Program-made: the position numbers and the translations under genes
Notes under the pieces: generated by a model
Told to the model about the DNA's origin: nothing
Databases searched by the model: none
The model's input: only the letters and a program-made list of their open reading frames with translations
NCBI RefSeq assembly: GCF_036588685.1
Contig: NC_086383.1
Span: forward strand, 38,068,001-38,132,000
Length of the DNA stretch: 64,000 nucleotides
Source of the DNA: Mytilus trossulus
Lineage: Eukaryota
Direction: 5' to 3'
In this document: positions 1 to 12,802 of the stretch, one piece after another
Numbering within the stretch: the stretch's first letter is position 1
Layout of the letters: every line of letters starts with the position of its first letter

Positions 1-1309
1 ATATTCTATCTTTTTTCTAATAAGATTGAGAATGAAAATGGGGAATATGTCAAAGCCGGGGACAAGAACTTGACAAAAAACAAAAAAGCATATATTTTTA
101 AAGCATGTGTCTGAAATTTCTAACAAGAAGTCTTATTATAGGCATATCACGATTTTCTAGCATAGAAATTTACGAATAAACCGATGAAATCATACTAATA
201 ATAGTGGTTTATAAAACAAAAATGAAAACCAAGAATGTAAACATTTGCATTTCAAACATGTGGAATAGCTAACAATGATCCGATTATAAACGAAGAAACT
301 CGCTTTTATTAAACAAAATATCCACACTACCTTAAAAAACAAGAAACAAAACAGGCAAACTAGAGAATAGAGGCAACAACAAAAAATATACCAGGACTCG
401 AACATAAACCGCCAAGTTCTAACTCATTAAGTATAACCATGAAACCTCGCGGCTACCAACTCATATACTACGAGTGCCTATTATTGTATATATAAAGGTA
501 CAATCCATTTGTGTCCGTTGTACCGATGTATATCAAATATTAATTTATATATATAAGTTAGACAAATAAATCGTAACCAATTGGTAGCCGAGATGTTTCG
601 TCGATATGTTGATGTTAATGACACTTAAGCAAATTCATGTATGGGTTTGATTCCCAGTGCAGGCATATAGAAATTACAAAAATTAAGGTAAGTTTTTAAA
701 ATAATTCCATTAGTGAACATAAATCAGTAAATTGGCCAATTCAAACTTAATGAAATTAGACACACAAAGAACACAATTGAATATAATTTGGTGAGTCCAT
801 TTCAGCGACAGATTTAGGAAGCGTTGATTCTAGAAAAAGAATCCACGGTAAATGAATAGGTTGACGTCACCACAATGGTTTAAATCAAAATGAGTTGATA
901 TGTATTTGAAATGTCAATTAGAATACATTATATAATGTTCTTACTTTTTGAACGCATTCAAATATACATGTATCCTGTATATGTAAAACAATGGATTATT
1001 TAAATATGCAACGACCCCAACATCACAGCAATTACGTTTTGTATTAGAAATTCATCGGCAAATGACCAGCTTCAAATATTTATCCCAATTTTGTTAAATC
1101 CATGTTATTCTCTTTATTCTATTGAAACATAAGCAAAAAAACAAAGGTAAAATTAAACTTATAAGTCGAAAACAGACTGACAGTTTAAAGTAGGCACACT
1201 TTTGTTGATCCTAATTATACAAAACTACCAATCCATCCTATTGTGTTGGTATGTAAGTCACTTAATAGATAATGGGTAAAGTTTGTCAACTGATTTTTAT
1301 AGTTCGTTC

Positions 1310-1684
1310 TTATCTTGGACTGTTATACCACTGTCCAAGGTTAGGGTGATGTTTTAGATCCTACTATCATGTTTAATCCAGCCACATTATTCATGTATAT
1401 GCCTGTCCCATGTGAGGAGCCTGTAATTCAGTGGTTGTCGTTTGTTTTTGTGTTACATATTTGTTTTTCATTATTTTTTTTATATATATAAGGCCGTTAG
1501 TTTTCTTGTTTGAAATGTTTTGCATTTTTATATCGGGGCCTTTAATAGTTGACTGTGTGGTATGGGCTTTGTTCATTGATAAATGCTGTTCAGTGACCTA
1601 TATTTGTTAATGTCTGTGTTTTTTTTTATATCCTGTGGACAGTTGTGTCATTTGGTAATCATACCACACCATCATATCTCTTTT
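1310..1684 (+). repeat. abundant dispersed repeat family (ends ...CATTGGCAATCATACCACATCTTC)
   Basis: Colinear with 43793-44146 and inverse to 45567-45903. Confidence 0.8.
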
Positions 1685-2527
1685 CCAAATCCGTAATTGA
1701 TTCAGGGAATGCTCAATAAAGGACATTCATCGGAAGGTAATACAGTCTTAGAAATTTCTACCACCAGCATGCCTGATCCAAACCATGAATATGAGTTTCT
1801 TTTAGTTACCGCGTTATTTTAGTATCTCTGTAATTTCATTAAATTGTAGTTATTTCGAGTGTTGATGATGAATATCATTCTACCAATATAGTTGATATGG
1901 TATGTTTGGTCTATTGAAATTCTTTTACTGTGGATTTCTATATATTCGTGGGCACCAATTCTATTTCATGAATAAAAAAATGTATTGTCGGAGATATTTG
2001 ATTAGATTTTTTTCTGACGTTTGGATACTAGCCGAACAGAGAATATATTTTTGTTTTCATTTATGATTAATCAAGACGCAAGTTACAAAAAACACACGTA
2101 TATTGATGAGTCAATAGTGCCCTATAAATTTTCCAGAGTCATTTGCATACAATCGTTATAGATTATATCTAAAGACATTTAAAAATACTGTCTGTAAATA
2201 AAAAGGGCACAGATTAACAACAATCAAATATAATTTCAGTAGGTTTTGCAGACAACAATCGATTTTAACATTATCTTAATGTCCAATGTTAGAACATTCT
2301 AAACTTTGAATATTGACAAAAAATAACAACCGTGTATTTTTGTTTTTGACACTAAAATAAAATAATGATTATTCAAATCAGAAACTTAAAGGATGGAAAT
2401 TCAAGCTAGTATGTATCAAAACGATATAAAATAATATACCGATGTACATGATGTAGTCTTTGAAAAAGGGTTATACTAAATGGTAATAGTTGTACATACA
2501 TTCCAATCTGCTGGTCTCCCGCTGAAA

Positions 2528-2579
2528 TTATATGCCTTCTTGATTGCCACCTGGGCCCCGGCTTTTGAAGCAGATTCTG
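2528..2579 (-). CDS. possible exon F of the NHR gene (ends in TAA that may be premature)
   Basis: GC-richer island with TTTTATCAG(CAG) acceptor. The phase-2 join gives (S)RICFKSRGPGGNQEGI*. A GTATGT donor lies 28 nt past the stop (2499). Confidence 0.45.
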
Positions 2580-2651
2580 CTGATAAAAGTATTTATAATT
2601 ATGTTATAGTGGCAAATAATGGATAATAACTCATATTATATATACGATATA

Positions 2652-2830
2652 TATAAAAAGAAGATGTGGTATGATTGCCAATGAGACAACTATCCACAAA
2701 ATACCAAAATGATACAAACATTAACAACTATAGGTCACCGTACGGCCTTCAACAATGAGCAAAGCCCATACCCCATAGTCGGCTATAAAAGGCCCTTGTA
2801 AGACAATGTAAATCAATTCAAACGAAAAAA
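2652..2830 (-). repeat. truncated copy of the same dispersed family
   Basis: Near-identical to 45567-45745. Confidence 0.8.
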
Positions 2831-3144
2831 TGATATATAGACTGCTTGTTTAAAAAAAATATGTATATACAAAAATATTTGTATATGTATCAGATATCTT
2901 AGAACTCTCCCTTTGGTATCTTTCGTGCGTCTTTTTGGAGAAATAACATTAAACAACAATGTGTTTAAATTATGAATTCTAAAGCATGCAAGTTAACTTT
3001 GTTAGCAATGTCTTTTTAAAAACCATTACTTTTCTTTACAATTTGTTCAATCACCATATACAGACCAAAAACACAACGACGAAGATAACTAAAACTCAAA
3101 TAATAAATGATATATGTTCACCAGTTTGAGTTATAAGAAAATAA

Positions 3145-3496
3145 ACCGTGGTGTAGTGGTAAGGGCATCGAACATCTAACACAAAGGTTCCTGGTTCGAT
3201 TCCCGTTCGGGATAAAAATATCAGGAACTCAATTTTCGACCCTTCCTTGACACCATTTGTGAGTATGGTCTTGAGGAAACGATCATAGTCCGTCGGAAGA
3301 GGACGATACATGGCTGATCCGTGTTAAGAGAGAGCCATATCTCTTGCAAGTTAAAGACACCCTTGTAGATTTCAAACAGGAGTAGGCTAATGCCGCTACA
3401 AGGCAGCACTCGCACCCACAAAGTGGAAAGGGATTGATTTAAGTTGCAAAAATTGTTTCCCAATCAACTATAAATAAATATGTTTAAAATAAAATT
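3145..3496 (+). mobile_element. tRNA-derived SINE with Deu/Nin-type conserved central domain, full length
   Basis: Box A TGGTGTAGTGG, box B GGTTCGATTCC; central GTCCGTCGGAAGAGGACGATA...GTTAAAGACACC...GAGTAGG; AT-rich tail; AGAAAATAA repeated at 3136-44 and 3497-3505; second copy at 16399. Confidence 0.85.
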
Positions 3497-3655
3497 AGAA
3501 AATAAGTCCATCCATGCTAATTCTGAAAGACAGGGATGAATGGTAAGACTAACTTTTGTTTCTTAAAATACAAATCTGAAACAAAAAATTCTGAAGAAGT
3601 AACTTGACAGTGTTTTTTTTTTCGTCAACACGTGTTTTCAGTGAAAGATAATTAC

Positions 3656-3704
3656 CTGCTAGACCACCTTGCGAAATCTTTTGACTGGTTTATGCAATTG
3701 ATGT
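3656..3704 (-). CDS. probable exon E of the NHR gene
   Basis: TTTACAG acceptor and GTAATT donor; 49 nt; only the phase-1 frame needed to join exon D is open: (D)INCINQSKDFARWSS. Confidence 0.6.
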
Positions 3705-3934
3705 CTGTAAATCTATTACACACGAATTTCTAAAGTTGAATGAAGTGTGATGCAATGGTTTGTTAGAAACATTACCAGCAATGTCAAAGAGAACAGTGTG
3801 GATGATAGTATTGTCATCGGAATAATTATTGTTAAACAATCGTTTTTTGTTTATGTCAGTCAATAAGTTTTCGACAGACATATCTTTCGATTAAATTTAG
3901 TTAAAAATATGTAAGGAACGTGTACATAGCTTAC

Positions 3935-3994
3935 CTTGGTTAACTACAGAAACTTGACAACAATTTCCTTCAAGGTCAACAACACCATACACAA
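3935..3994 (-). CDS. NHR protein coding exon D (end of NHR domain)
   Basis: TTTTTAG acceptor; 60 nt; phase 1 to 1; (V)VYGVVDLEGNCCQVSVVNQ, matching the NHR C-terminal motif VYGVVDLYGxCxQVSI; GTAAGC donor. Confidence 0.88.
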
Positions 3995-4115
3995 CTAAAA
4001 AGTAAGGTAATGAAACGCTTCAGCATTTAATAAAATATAAACATATTAGTGCTACAATATTATTCCTGACTTTAATGATAGAAAACGACAAAGATACAAT
4101 TATAACAAATATCAG

Positions 4116-4144
4116 TATTGTGGATTCATTTATTTTCGTGGATA
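4116..4144. mobile_element. left part of an interrupted MITE (TACTGTGGATTCA-type TIR)
   Basis: TATTGTGGATTCATTTATTTTCGTGGATA is the inverted counterpart of 12940-12986; a related degenerate copy starts at ~1926. Confidence 0.7.
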
Positions 4145-6139
4145 CGCGGGTATGTTAAGGCATTTTTTTCAGGGGCAAATAACTCTTGTGATACTCATGA
4201 ATATTAATGAGTAACGTTGCGTCTCCATAGTGACGACGCTGTCCGCTTCATTTTTCTGGTCGTCAATCGCTCTTGTATTTTGATCTTTTTATTGATAAAC
4301 TATGTAGAATTAGATAGATAATGATAATTTGTTGAAAATAAAAATTATATGTCACATTATTTTACAAGCCATAACTTGTATTGTATGAAAATCCTACTTG
4401 TCGATCTCGCAACGGAGGCGTGGCTTGTTTTCCTTATTTGGAAAACCGATTCAACAGGAAGCTTGAAATCCACATGTTTTGAACGGACGGAAATTTTTGT
4501 GTTGCAAGAGGCGAAAAATGGCCCATGTACCCAAGGATTTCAGCTTACAAGCCGAATTGTACGCCACAACTTGACTATGAGTAAGTATTCTCTCGTCTTT
4601 TTGCTTTTTCTGTGGCCGACTATCTTTATTTTGACAAAAATCTACCGTTGAAGTTGAAATTCTCCCCCTTTTTTCCATCTGTATTAGAAATTTTCCCTGA
4701 ACCAAGGAATTGCATAGTAAACTATGCATTTACTGTCTTAATTGCAAGTCATTTTATGGTCCACAGTGTTTTTGTGCAATTTAGGTGAAGTTTTAGAATA
4801 CCCATGAGCTGTCCAGGAAATTTGTTATGCTATAGTTTCACTCGTTGGTGTAAAAGAAACTAAGCCCCCCCTCCCCCCCTAAATCCGCCTCTGTTTGTCC
4901 TGTACCCAAGTGTAAATTTTATATATACAATACATACCCTTATTTCATTCTGTATGCTTCTTTGTACATATATACATGTTTTATGTATATGAATAAAAAG
5001 GAGATGTAGGGCATGTAGGGTGTACATTCATTAATTTTGACATTGTACATTTTGTGTGTACATAATCATATATCAAGAGACAGCTACAGAAGTTCTTTAT
5101 GTTCAACATTTTGTACTACCAGAATAAGGTTCATTCTGTTGCTATACCATGTATACTAGTCAGTCTTTATAAAATAAGTAATATGTATAAAGGCCACACC
5201 AATTTTATTCCTTGTTTTACCAACCAACCTGCCCGCAAATATTTGTTTCAAAACAGGAAATCTTTTATATATTTCTTTATCACCCTTACTGCATTTGGAA
5301 ATGCAATCATGTCCATTTCCCGCATCATTTTTTGTAAATATTATAAATAGATATTAACACTTGTTTTCAAATCACTGTCTTAACTGTACTGTATTTATTG
5401 TTTAAAACCTATAAGCACCCGACCACACTGTGCAATTTTTTTGTATTAATAATTAAACCTACATGTATATATCCAAAGTGAGAGTACTCCGATATAAATA
5501 TATAACAGAAAAAAATGCCTGAACATTTTTTTCCTTCCCCTTACTTACAAAATATGTTAGTTGTCAGAATTGCTAATATATTGTATGCCGGCAGAACAAA
5601 ACAACCCATACTCACTGCATGTGTATGTACCTGTCAGCATTGATTTTGGGGCTTGTCGTTCAGTAGTTTGTTGATGTGGTTCATAGCCTGTTATTTCTCA
5701 GTTTGTATATATATAATATATATATTAGATTGTTTGTTTTCCTGTGTGAATTGTGTACACTAGTAATGTTTGGGTCCCAATATGCCCTTATAGCTTGCTT
5801 TTAAGTCTGGGTCATAGCCCTAGCCTGTGTAAAAGGCAGATAAATGAATTTGTTATAATCAGGTTGGGAAGAATCCTTACTCAAGTAAGGGGTTATTTTA
5901 CTGTTATAGAAAAGAAAAATAAAATAAAGCAGGGATTTGTATAGTGCTACTATAAAAATCCTTGGAAAAGCTTAGAATTTTTTACTTAAAATGAGGAAAA
6001 CTACATCATATTTGAAACAACTTTTCTAAAAGAGGGGTCCACACTTTCTGAATAATATAAAAGTAAATGATATGCTTGGTTAATTAAAGTCGAGAAGTAT
6101 AACAAAACTTATGGACATGTTTTGAACATGTAATACCAG

Positions 6140-6425
6140 ATATTATCGCTATTTTGTGCATTTTTCCTTTGATCTTTTTTTGTGATAATTTTCATATCAT
6201 GCTACTCGCTTGAGATGAAAAATTATCACTAGAAACTAAGCATGCACGTGGCGTTGCTAACGAAATTGACATGTAAGTGACATGAAATTAACAACGTGGT
6301 CATAGGTAAAATAGCGATAAAAAGATTATCATTGTTCATCTCAACTCGATTGCCTTTCTCGCTTTCGCCGTCCCGGCTCAAGCGAGAAAATCAATCTCGT
6401 TGAGATGATCATCGATAATCTATAA
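6140..6425. mobile_element. element end with a ~100-nt terminal hairpin (Crypton-like non-autonomous element, tentative)
   Basis: Imperfect palindrome 6323-6421, plus inverted pair TTATCGCTATTTT (6143) / AAAATAGCGATAA (6308). Confidence 0.5.
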
Positions 6426-6432
6426 TTATATA

Positions 6433-6631
6433 GAGGGAGGGTAGGAAGGGTCCTCATTCCCAAATCCCGGGCTTAAAAAACCCAAATCCCAAGGTCCGGA
6501 ATTTAAAAAAAATAAACCCTTACATCCCGAAATTTAAAAAAATAGAATTCCCGGATCCTCAAAGTGCCAATCCCGAAATCCCCAGCTTATAAAAACTGAT
6601 CCCGGAGTCCTGATTAAGGACCTATCCCCTC
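6433..6631. mobile_element. MITE with internal ATCCCG repeats in a TA tract
   Basis: GAGGG..TAGG..GGTCCT and AGGACCTATCCCCTC ends, TATA flanks, repeated (AA)ATCCC(G) motifs. Confidence 0.55.
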
Positions 6632-7009
6632 TATATATCTTTATCTTTTCAGAAAATATAAGGCGTTTTGTACTAAAAAGTGTTTTTTTTTACAAAAAAT
6701 GTATAATAACTTATACATTGATATATGACCCCTCAAAAAAGGGATATTCTATAACATTGTGGGGTGGTTCCTAACCTGATTATGACTTTGATGGAGATTT
6801 GTCTCTTTGGCGCACATATACCACATCTATTATTCAATTAATTCTTGGTGTACAGGGAATAACACATCATAAGTGAAAAAAATGTCAGGGTACAAACTTG
6901 TGATAAATCAACCTTTAATATCATGAATATAGTCAAAATCTAATATTTTATGCTTCACCTAAAACAATTGCAACACTGGGTTGCTACATGTGTATATATG
7001 GTGTTTAAT

Positions 7010-7290
7010 AGATATAGGAAGATGTGGTGTGAGTGCCAATGAGACAACTCTCAATTCAAATAACAATTTAAAAAGTAAACCATTATAGGTTAAAGTACGG
7101 CCTCCAACACGGAGCCCTGGCTCACACCGAACAACAAGCTAAAAAGGGCCCCAAAATTACTAGTGTAAAACCATTAAACGGGAAAACCAACGGTCTAATC
7201 TATATAAACAAAACGAGAAACACGTATATAATACACATACAAACGACAACTACTGTACATCAGATTCCTGATTTAGGACAGGTGCAAATG
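7010..7290 (-). repeat. related subfamily (GATATAGGAAGATGTGGTGTGAGTGCCAATGAGAC)
   Basis: Shares the terminus with fragments at ~15776, ~16090-16300 (inverse), ~28507 and ~39510 (inverse). Confidence 0.7.
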
Positions 7291-7592
7291 CTTATTTGGT
7301 ATAGGCTTGGAAGTTAAAACATTCACTGTTCTGAAATGTACCTGTATAATAATTTTAAAAAATAAGACATAAAATAGATTTGTCGTTTCAGACTCTTAAA
7401 TGCATTCTGGCTTATATTTTCAAATGCGTTCACCAAAAAGTCATGAAAGTTGTGACTGGCTTCACACGTACTAAATATTTGAATTCCACCCAATGATGTG
7501 GCGTTATTCTCATTTTGGTGTACAAACAATGAGATTACCATTTACCCATATAGTCCTCTATATAGATTCGGGAAAAGGCGAATTACATACCT

Positions 7593-7994
7593 CAGTGATA
7601 TTGTTGGCTTTTTTCAAAACTACCTCTACCCTTTTTTATTGAGAAAATATGCGTCATTTTCATCAAATTGGGAAATTTAAAATAAACCATGAATTTGACT
7701 GAAACTTCAATTTACAGACCCATTTTCAAGAGTTAAACCCTGCTTTAAAATAAGACCCTATTTTGTCAGTGATGATACAAGAATAGACCCTCAAATGTGC
7801 ACATATAGTCATTTTAGGCATGACAAATGTTAAAATGAGTGTTTTTCAGTTTGTTTACTGAGACTGCACTGTTCGGGAAAAAAAAGGTGTCTTTTTGGGA
7901 ATAATTTTAAGCCATTTTTTTTTCTCAAATTGGGATTCTTGTCCAGGGGAAAAAGCCTTTATTCTCCACTAATTTTAGGCAAACAATATCACTG
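7593..7994. mobile_element. MITE with 16-bp TIR and 5-bp TSD (hAT5-like)
   Basis: CAGTGATATTGTTGGC / GCAAACAATATCACTG (15/16); TACCT duplicated at 7588-92 and 7995-99. Confidence 0.8.
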
Positions 7995-8089
7995 TACCTG
8001 AACCTTTTTGTTTCAAATTAGAGGGTGGAAACACGCATATATAAATTTAAATTCTTTTTGGTTTGACTTTAACTAAATTATCTAATATG

Positions 8090-8255
8090 AAGAAGAAGAT
8101 GTGGTATGAATGCAAAAATGAAAACTCTCCAGAAGAGAACAAATTGACACACAAATTAAGAACTATAAGTCACGGTAGGGGCCTTCAACAATGAGCAAAG
8201 ACCATACCGCATAGTCAGCTATAAAAGACACTGAAATTACAATGTAAAACAATTC
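8090..8255 (-). repeat. degenerate copy of the dispersed family
   Basis: AAGAAGATGTGGTATGA...GCCTTCAACAATGAGCAAAG..CATACCGCATAGTCAGCTATAAAAG. Confidence 0.7.
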
Positions 8256-11178
8256 AACATGTTCAAACAAGACAGGCACATATATTCACATACACACATA
8301 ATGTAGCGGAATTATTTTTATTTTGCAAAAAATTGTTATTTTGATAGTTGGTGAGTATTTTACAAAATGTTAGGTGGATATTGTTAAGTTTTTAACACAT
8401 CTCTTTTCACAGAAGTTTTGCATGTAAGTTTGGATTACAATATAATCATTGATAATTAGTCCTTCATGTTTATATATGAAAAATATGTTTATCAGTAATT
8501 CTGTTATACTACTAACTGGATGTTTTTTTGTGTGTACACAATTATGTTATTGTTACTTTTTGTATTACAGGTTCAAGATGACAATGATGAGAACAAAAGT
8601 GCAAAAGATACTTGCCTTACATGTACATTGCAATACGTGACTGCAGGATGTATGAACAGAAAACATGGACAACAATGTGTTCACGGCAACATAACTTTTT
8701 GAAATTGAATAAGGATAACTTTCCAACCAGAAGTTCCACAGTGTGATCATGGTGATGTCAAATAGCATGTTAAAAATGATTAAAAACAATATAGTGAGAC
8801 TCAGCTTAAAGTTGAAAGGAGGACCCAGTTTTTGACACCCACTTTTTCTTGCCTGTTTTTTCTGGACAGAAAGAAAACCCTCCATTTAAATAGAATGCAG
8901 AAAGTGACTGTTAAATTGTAAAATTAACGAAACCTACAGAATGACAGATGGAAACACGAGTAGAGAAAAAAACCTCATGTAATCTATAAAGTAATTCAAC
9001 ATCTTGTAGCAGCCTCGTAGAGATCGTTCCACAGCAGTAAAGGATGGTCAGAGGTGACCAGTTCTAATTTCAACATGAACACAGACATGTCAGACAGAGA
9101 TTCATCTAAACAATTAAAATTTGATTAAAAATAATGTGTGCACATATACATGTACGTTGTACAATGTTGTACCTGCATAGTGGACAAATTACATGTGCAA
9201 TTTATTACGGACAGAAGACCAACAAAACAGGGCTAAATGTTATAGATAACTGTAAATTTACATTATGTTCATAAGAACAGTAGTATCAACATTTGAACAG
9301 TAACATCATCCATTAATTGTTTGTCAAGCATGTGTATCAAAACATTAAATTGATTAAATATTTCTATTTATGCACTGTTCTCACATGACAACTTTATGAG
9401 CAATTAGGCCAGTTTGATTTCAGATTTTTATGAAAGTTCTTGGATGTTTCATCATGTTCATCACAACTATTTATAGGTTACTGTACAGCTTTCAACAATG
9501 AGTAAAACCCTTCATAATTTGCATTTATACATACAATTACATTTGTACATGAGTTACAGTACTGTATGCTACCTTCAATACTCAATTTAACAATAAATGA
9601 CAGACAGCAACTAAAAAAGGACAACATAAGCTTTAGCTTAAGCATGTTGAGAGACTGGCACATAAAATGTGACATAGTAAATATAAAAAGAAGATGTGGT
9701 ATGATTGCCAATGAGACAATAGTCATGTGATAGTAAACATGTTTTTGAGACTTTTTCTGTGAAATTAACATATCATGTATATCAGATTAAGAAAGGGCAT
9801 ATCATCTACATGTATGGGTACATACCAAATTAAGAAAAACTCTCCCTTACACGGGCAAGCAACTAAATGATGTTAAAATAAAAAAATAAAGGTCAGTGTT
9901 AGGCCTACAACTACGAGCAAATTTTATACAACATAGTCATTTAGCTGAAATGCTCTGCGTCAAAATTGTACTGCCTTTAACAATTGAGGGTGTTGCAGTA
10001 CAAAATTCAATAAAAAGAAACCAGAAAAAAATTCAACCTTGAGAAATCCTAAGAAATTGAAAATTATGTAAATAAAGACAAATGAAACATGTAGTGGTGA
10101 ATACAGGTTCAAAGTTTGAGATGCAGGTTGTTCAACAGAAGGTGGTACCATGTACTTTTAATTCTAGTGTTACGGAAAGTGTCATGTACATTCACCAGCT
10201 AAATTACAGATTTTTATATTCTTGGAATGTACATTTTGTACATTGTATTTAAAAGAATCTACTTTAAGGTAAAGAGTGTCGGTCAACATGAATGACATGT
10301 AGATATCAATGAATATAAGCAATTGACGAAGTTAAAACTCAGTCATGTCTGTAGACAATGCAGAAAAAGAAAAAAAAAATGTATATTAATAGCTCAATCA
10401 AACTTGATTGGTGTAAAACACACAAAACATGCACAAGGACTCATAAAGAAATATTTAAAGAAGTTACACATATATAAAAGCAACAATCTGGTTCATGTAC
10501 TAAACATAAATCCCAGTAAAAGTTGAACTTGAAGTAATATTGTTCCATTAGACTGTATTTGGACAGAAAACATCCTTTCAGTCGTGGTAAATATACAGAT
10601 ACATTGTACATATAATCATAAAATATTGCCATTTCCATTATCAAAATAAGACACAGATGAGACTTCTAGCATTGTCTTTGCTTATTTATTTTTCTTCCGT
10701 AAAGTTCCATACCACATATTGCCTATTGTAAACCACTAACACTACATGTACAGTACTGATAATTCAGAAATAATTGATTGCGAATAATGTGACTAGGTAA
10801 ATATCGCAATAATAAGAACTTGCATTCGTAAACATTTGTAACTGAAACATGCACATTTATGAGGAATTATTAGAAATCTCAATTAATAAATATTTTTTAG
10901 TGAAATTGAGAATGGAATTGGGGGAATATGCATGTCAATGAGACAACTCAACCAAAGAGCAGATAACAGCTAAGACATCCATTCTTGAATAATTGCAATA
11001 ATAAATGATCATATACTGGAAATAGTGTATTAGATACATGCAAAACTTTTAGTACTTGTATTTACAGTTTAAAAAAAAATTGCTGGGTATCCTGATTTTA
11101 CATGTTTTATAAACTGATTTTATTTTAAGTTTATCCAGATTTTTTAAAGAGGGGCGCAGGTCAACAAGAAACATGTAA

Positions 11179-11332
11179 CAGTGGCGGATCCAAAAAAAAT
11201 CATAAGTGGGGGCCCACTGACTGACCTAAGAGGGGGCCAGCACAAGTCACGCTTCAGTGATTCCATATATAAGCAACTATTTGTTTTTCCAAAAAGGGGG
11301 GGGGGGGCAGGTCCCCCCTTAATCCGCCTATG
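11179..11332. mobile_element. small MITE with CAGTGGCGGAT-type TIR and 5-bp TSD
   Basis: CAGTGGCGGAT...ATCCGCCTATG; TGTAA duplicated at 11174-78 and 11333-37. Confidence 0.75.
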
Positions 11333-12802
11333 TGTAAGCAATACATGGTAACAGAAAGACTTTAATGCAATTTGTCTTGTATATCAAATAAGGAGATGTC
11401 GTATAATTGCCATTGATACAACTATCCACCAATCGCAAGTTCTAATGAAATAGCTATATAATTAAGTAAATACACTATAAGCAAATACCTCCTTTGACAA
11501 TGAGAAAACTCATACTGAATAGTGTCAAGAGTGGGCTAAATATGGCTTGGACAACAACAAAAAATCAATTGAGAAACTTAACAGCCTAATGTATAAAAAA
11601 AACAGATATGTCGACAGACATGAACCAAATTAAAGCATGCCACTGTCCCTTTAGTTTAAAACTGTAAAACACCAACACAAAATATTTGTTTTGGTCACAA
11701 AATGAAATGCGATGTTTGATATATGTTCACAAAATACATGATGGATGAAATGTAATTGCATGTCAGTACTGACTGGGACATCAATTTCGGAAATGAATAT
11801 CCTTGCCTAGTAAGTTGGAACCCTGCCCCCCCCTTTTACTCTGGGTTGGGACCCCCTTTTTTAAATGGCTGGATCCGCCCCTGACATTAATATATAGAAC
11901 TCAGACAACCAACATATACACCATAAGACTACTTTTTAAAGTTTAAGCGACCAAATTTGCATAGAGATTGGTATTACAAATTATTTATGAAGGTGGAACT
12001 GCACATATTTTGTCATTCTCTTTTTCCGGGAAAATTCGACATTCTACATACAGTTGAAACCTGAGGAAGTGTGTAAAACACGCACAGCTTGTTTTACTAT
12101 CGTCGGTTACTACAAAGGTCAAATGATATCAACGGATATTGTCAATAAGATCAATTTATGTTGAGGTTTAATAATGTAAATACTCCAGCATCGTCGACTG
12201 TAACACCAGAGTTGCGGTTCTTTGATGATTGTTCGGGTCGTCAGTGCGCTTAAATGACATAGACAATTTATCGAAACCATAGAAACGAAATCTAAATTCA
12301 CAAAAAGCGGGTTACCAGAGACGACATTTCTCAAAAAAGTAAACTGAAATAGAAAGCTATAGTTATAACCTAATAGAAAAATGCTGCGCGCTTAATGAAT
12401 ATGAAACTGTAATCAAATGAAGAACGAAACTGTGTACAAATTTAACGTTATATGCTGCCGGGTAAACTAAAAATATTATTTTAATTTAATATGTTCACTT
12501 CTGGAAAATCGCGCAGCACTTTTAAGCAACAGGAAAGCACAGGGATTCGTTTAAAAAAAAGTTTGTTGATTTTTATTCAGTGTAGTAACCCGCTTTTTGC
12601 CAATTTGATTTAGGCATTTTACCCCTGTGGAAGTCACGTGACCTAGGCGATCATGACCAAAATTTCGGTTTACTGAATCCTTACAACATCAATATATAAA
12701 TTCAACAATTAAGATTTATGAATTGTTGTAAAAACAATTTTTTTTCTTGTAATATCATATTTTGCCCCTATTTACGTTTAAAAGTGCCTTAACCTACCTG
12801 CG

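Larger units (their letters stand above)
4145..12802. mobile_element. 8,658-bp TIR DNA transposon with TA target-site duplication; no transposase recognised
   Basis: Left end CGCGGGTATGTTAAGG...AGGGGCAAA; right end reverse complement CGCAGGTAGGTTAAGG...AGGGGCAAA (14/16 identical). TA at 4143-44 and 12803-04. Removing it rejoins a single MITE. Confidence 0.8.

Noticed and set aside
3145-3212. tRNA gene
   Set aside because: A and B boxes are present but there is no proper acceptor stem, and it runs directly into a SINE body with a second copy in the window.
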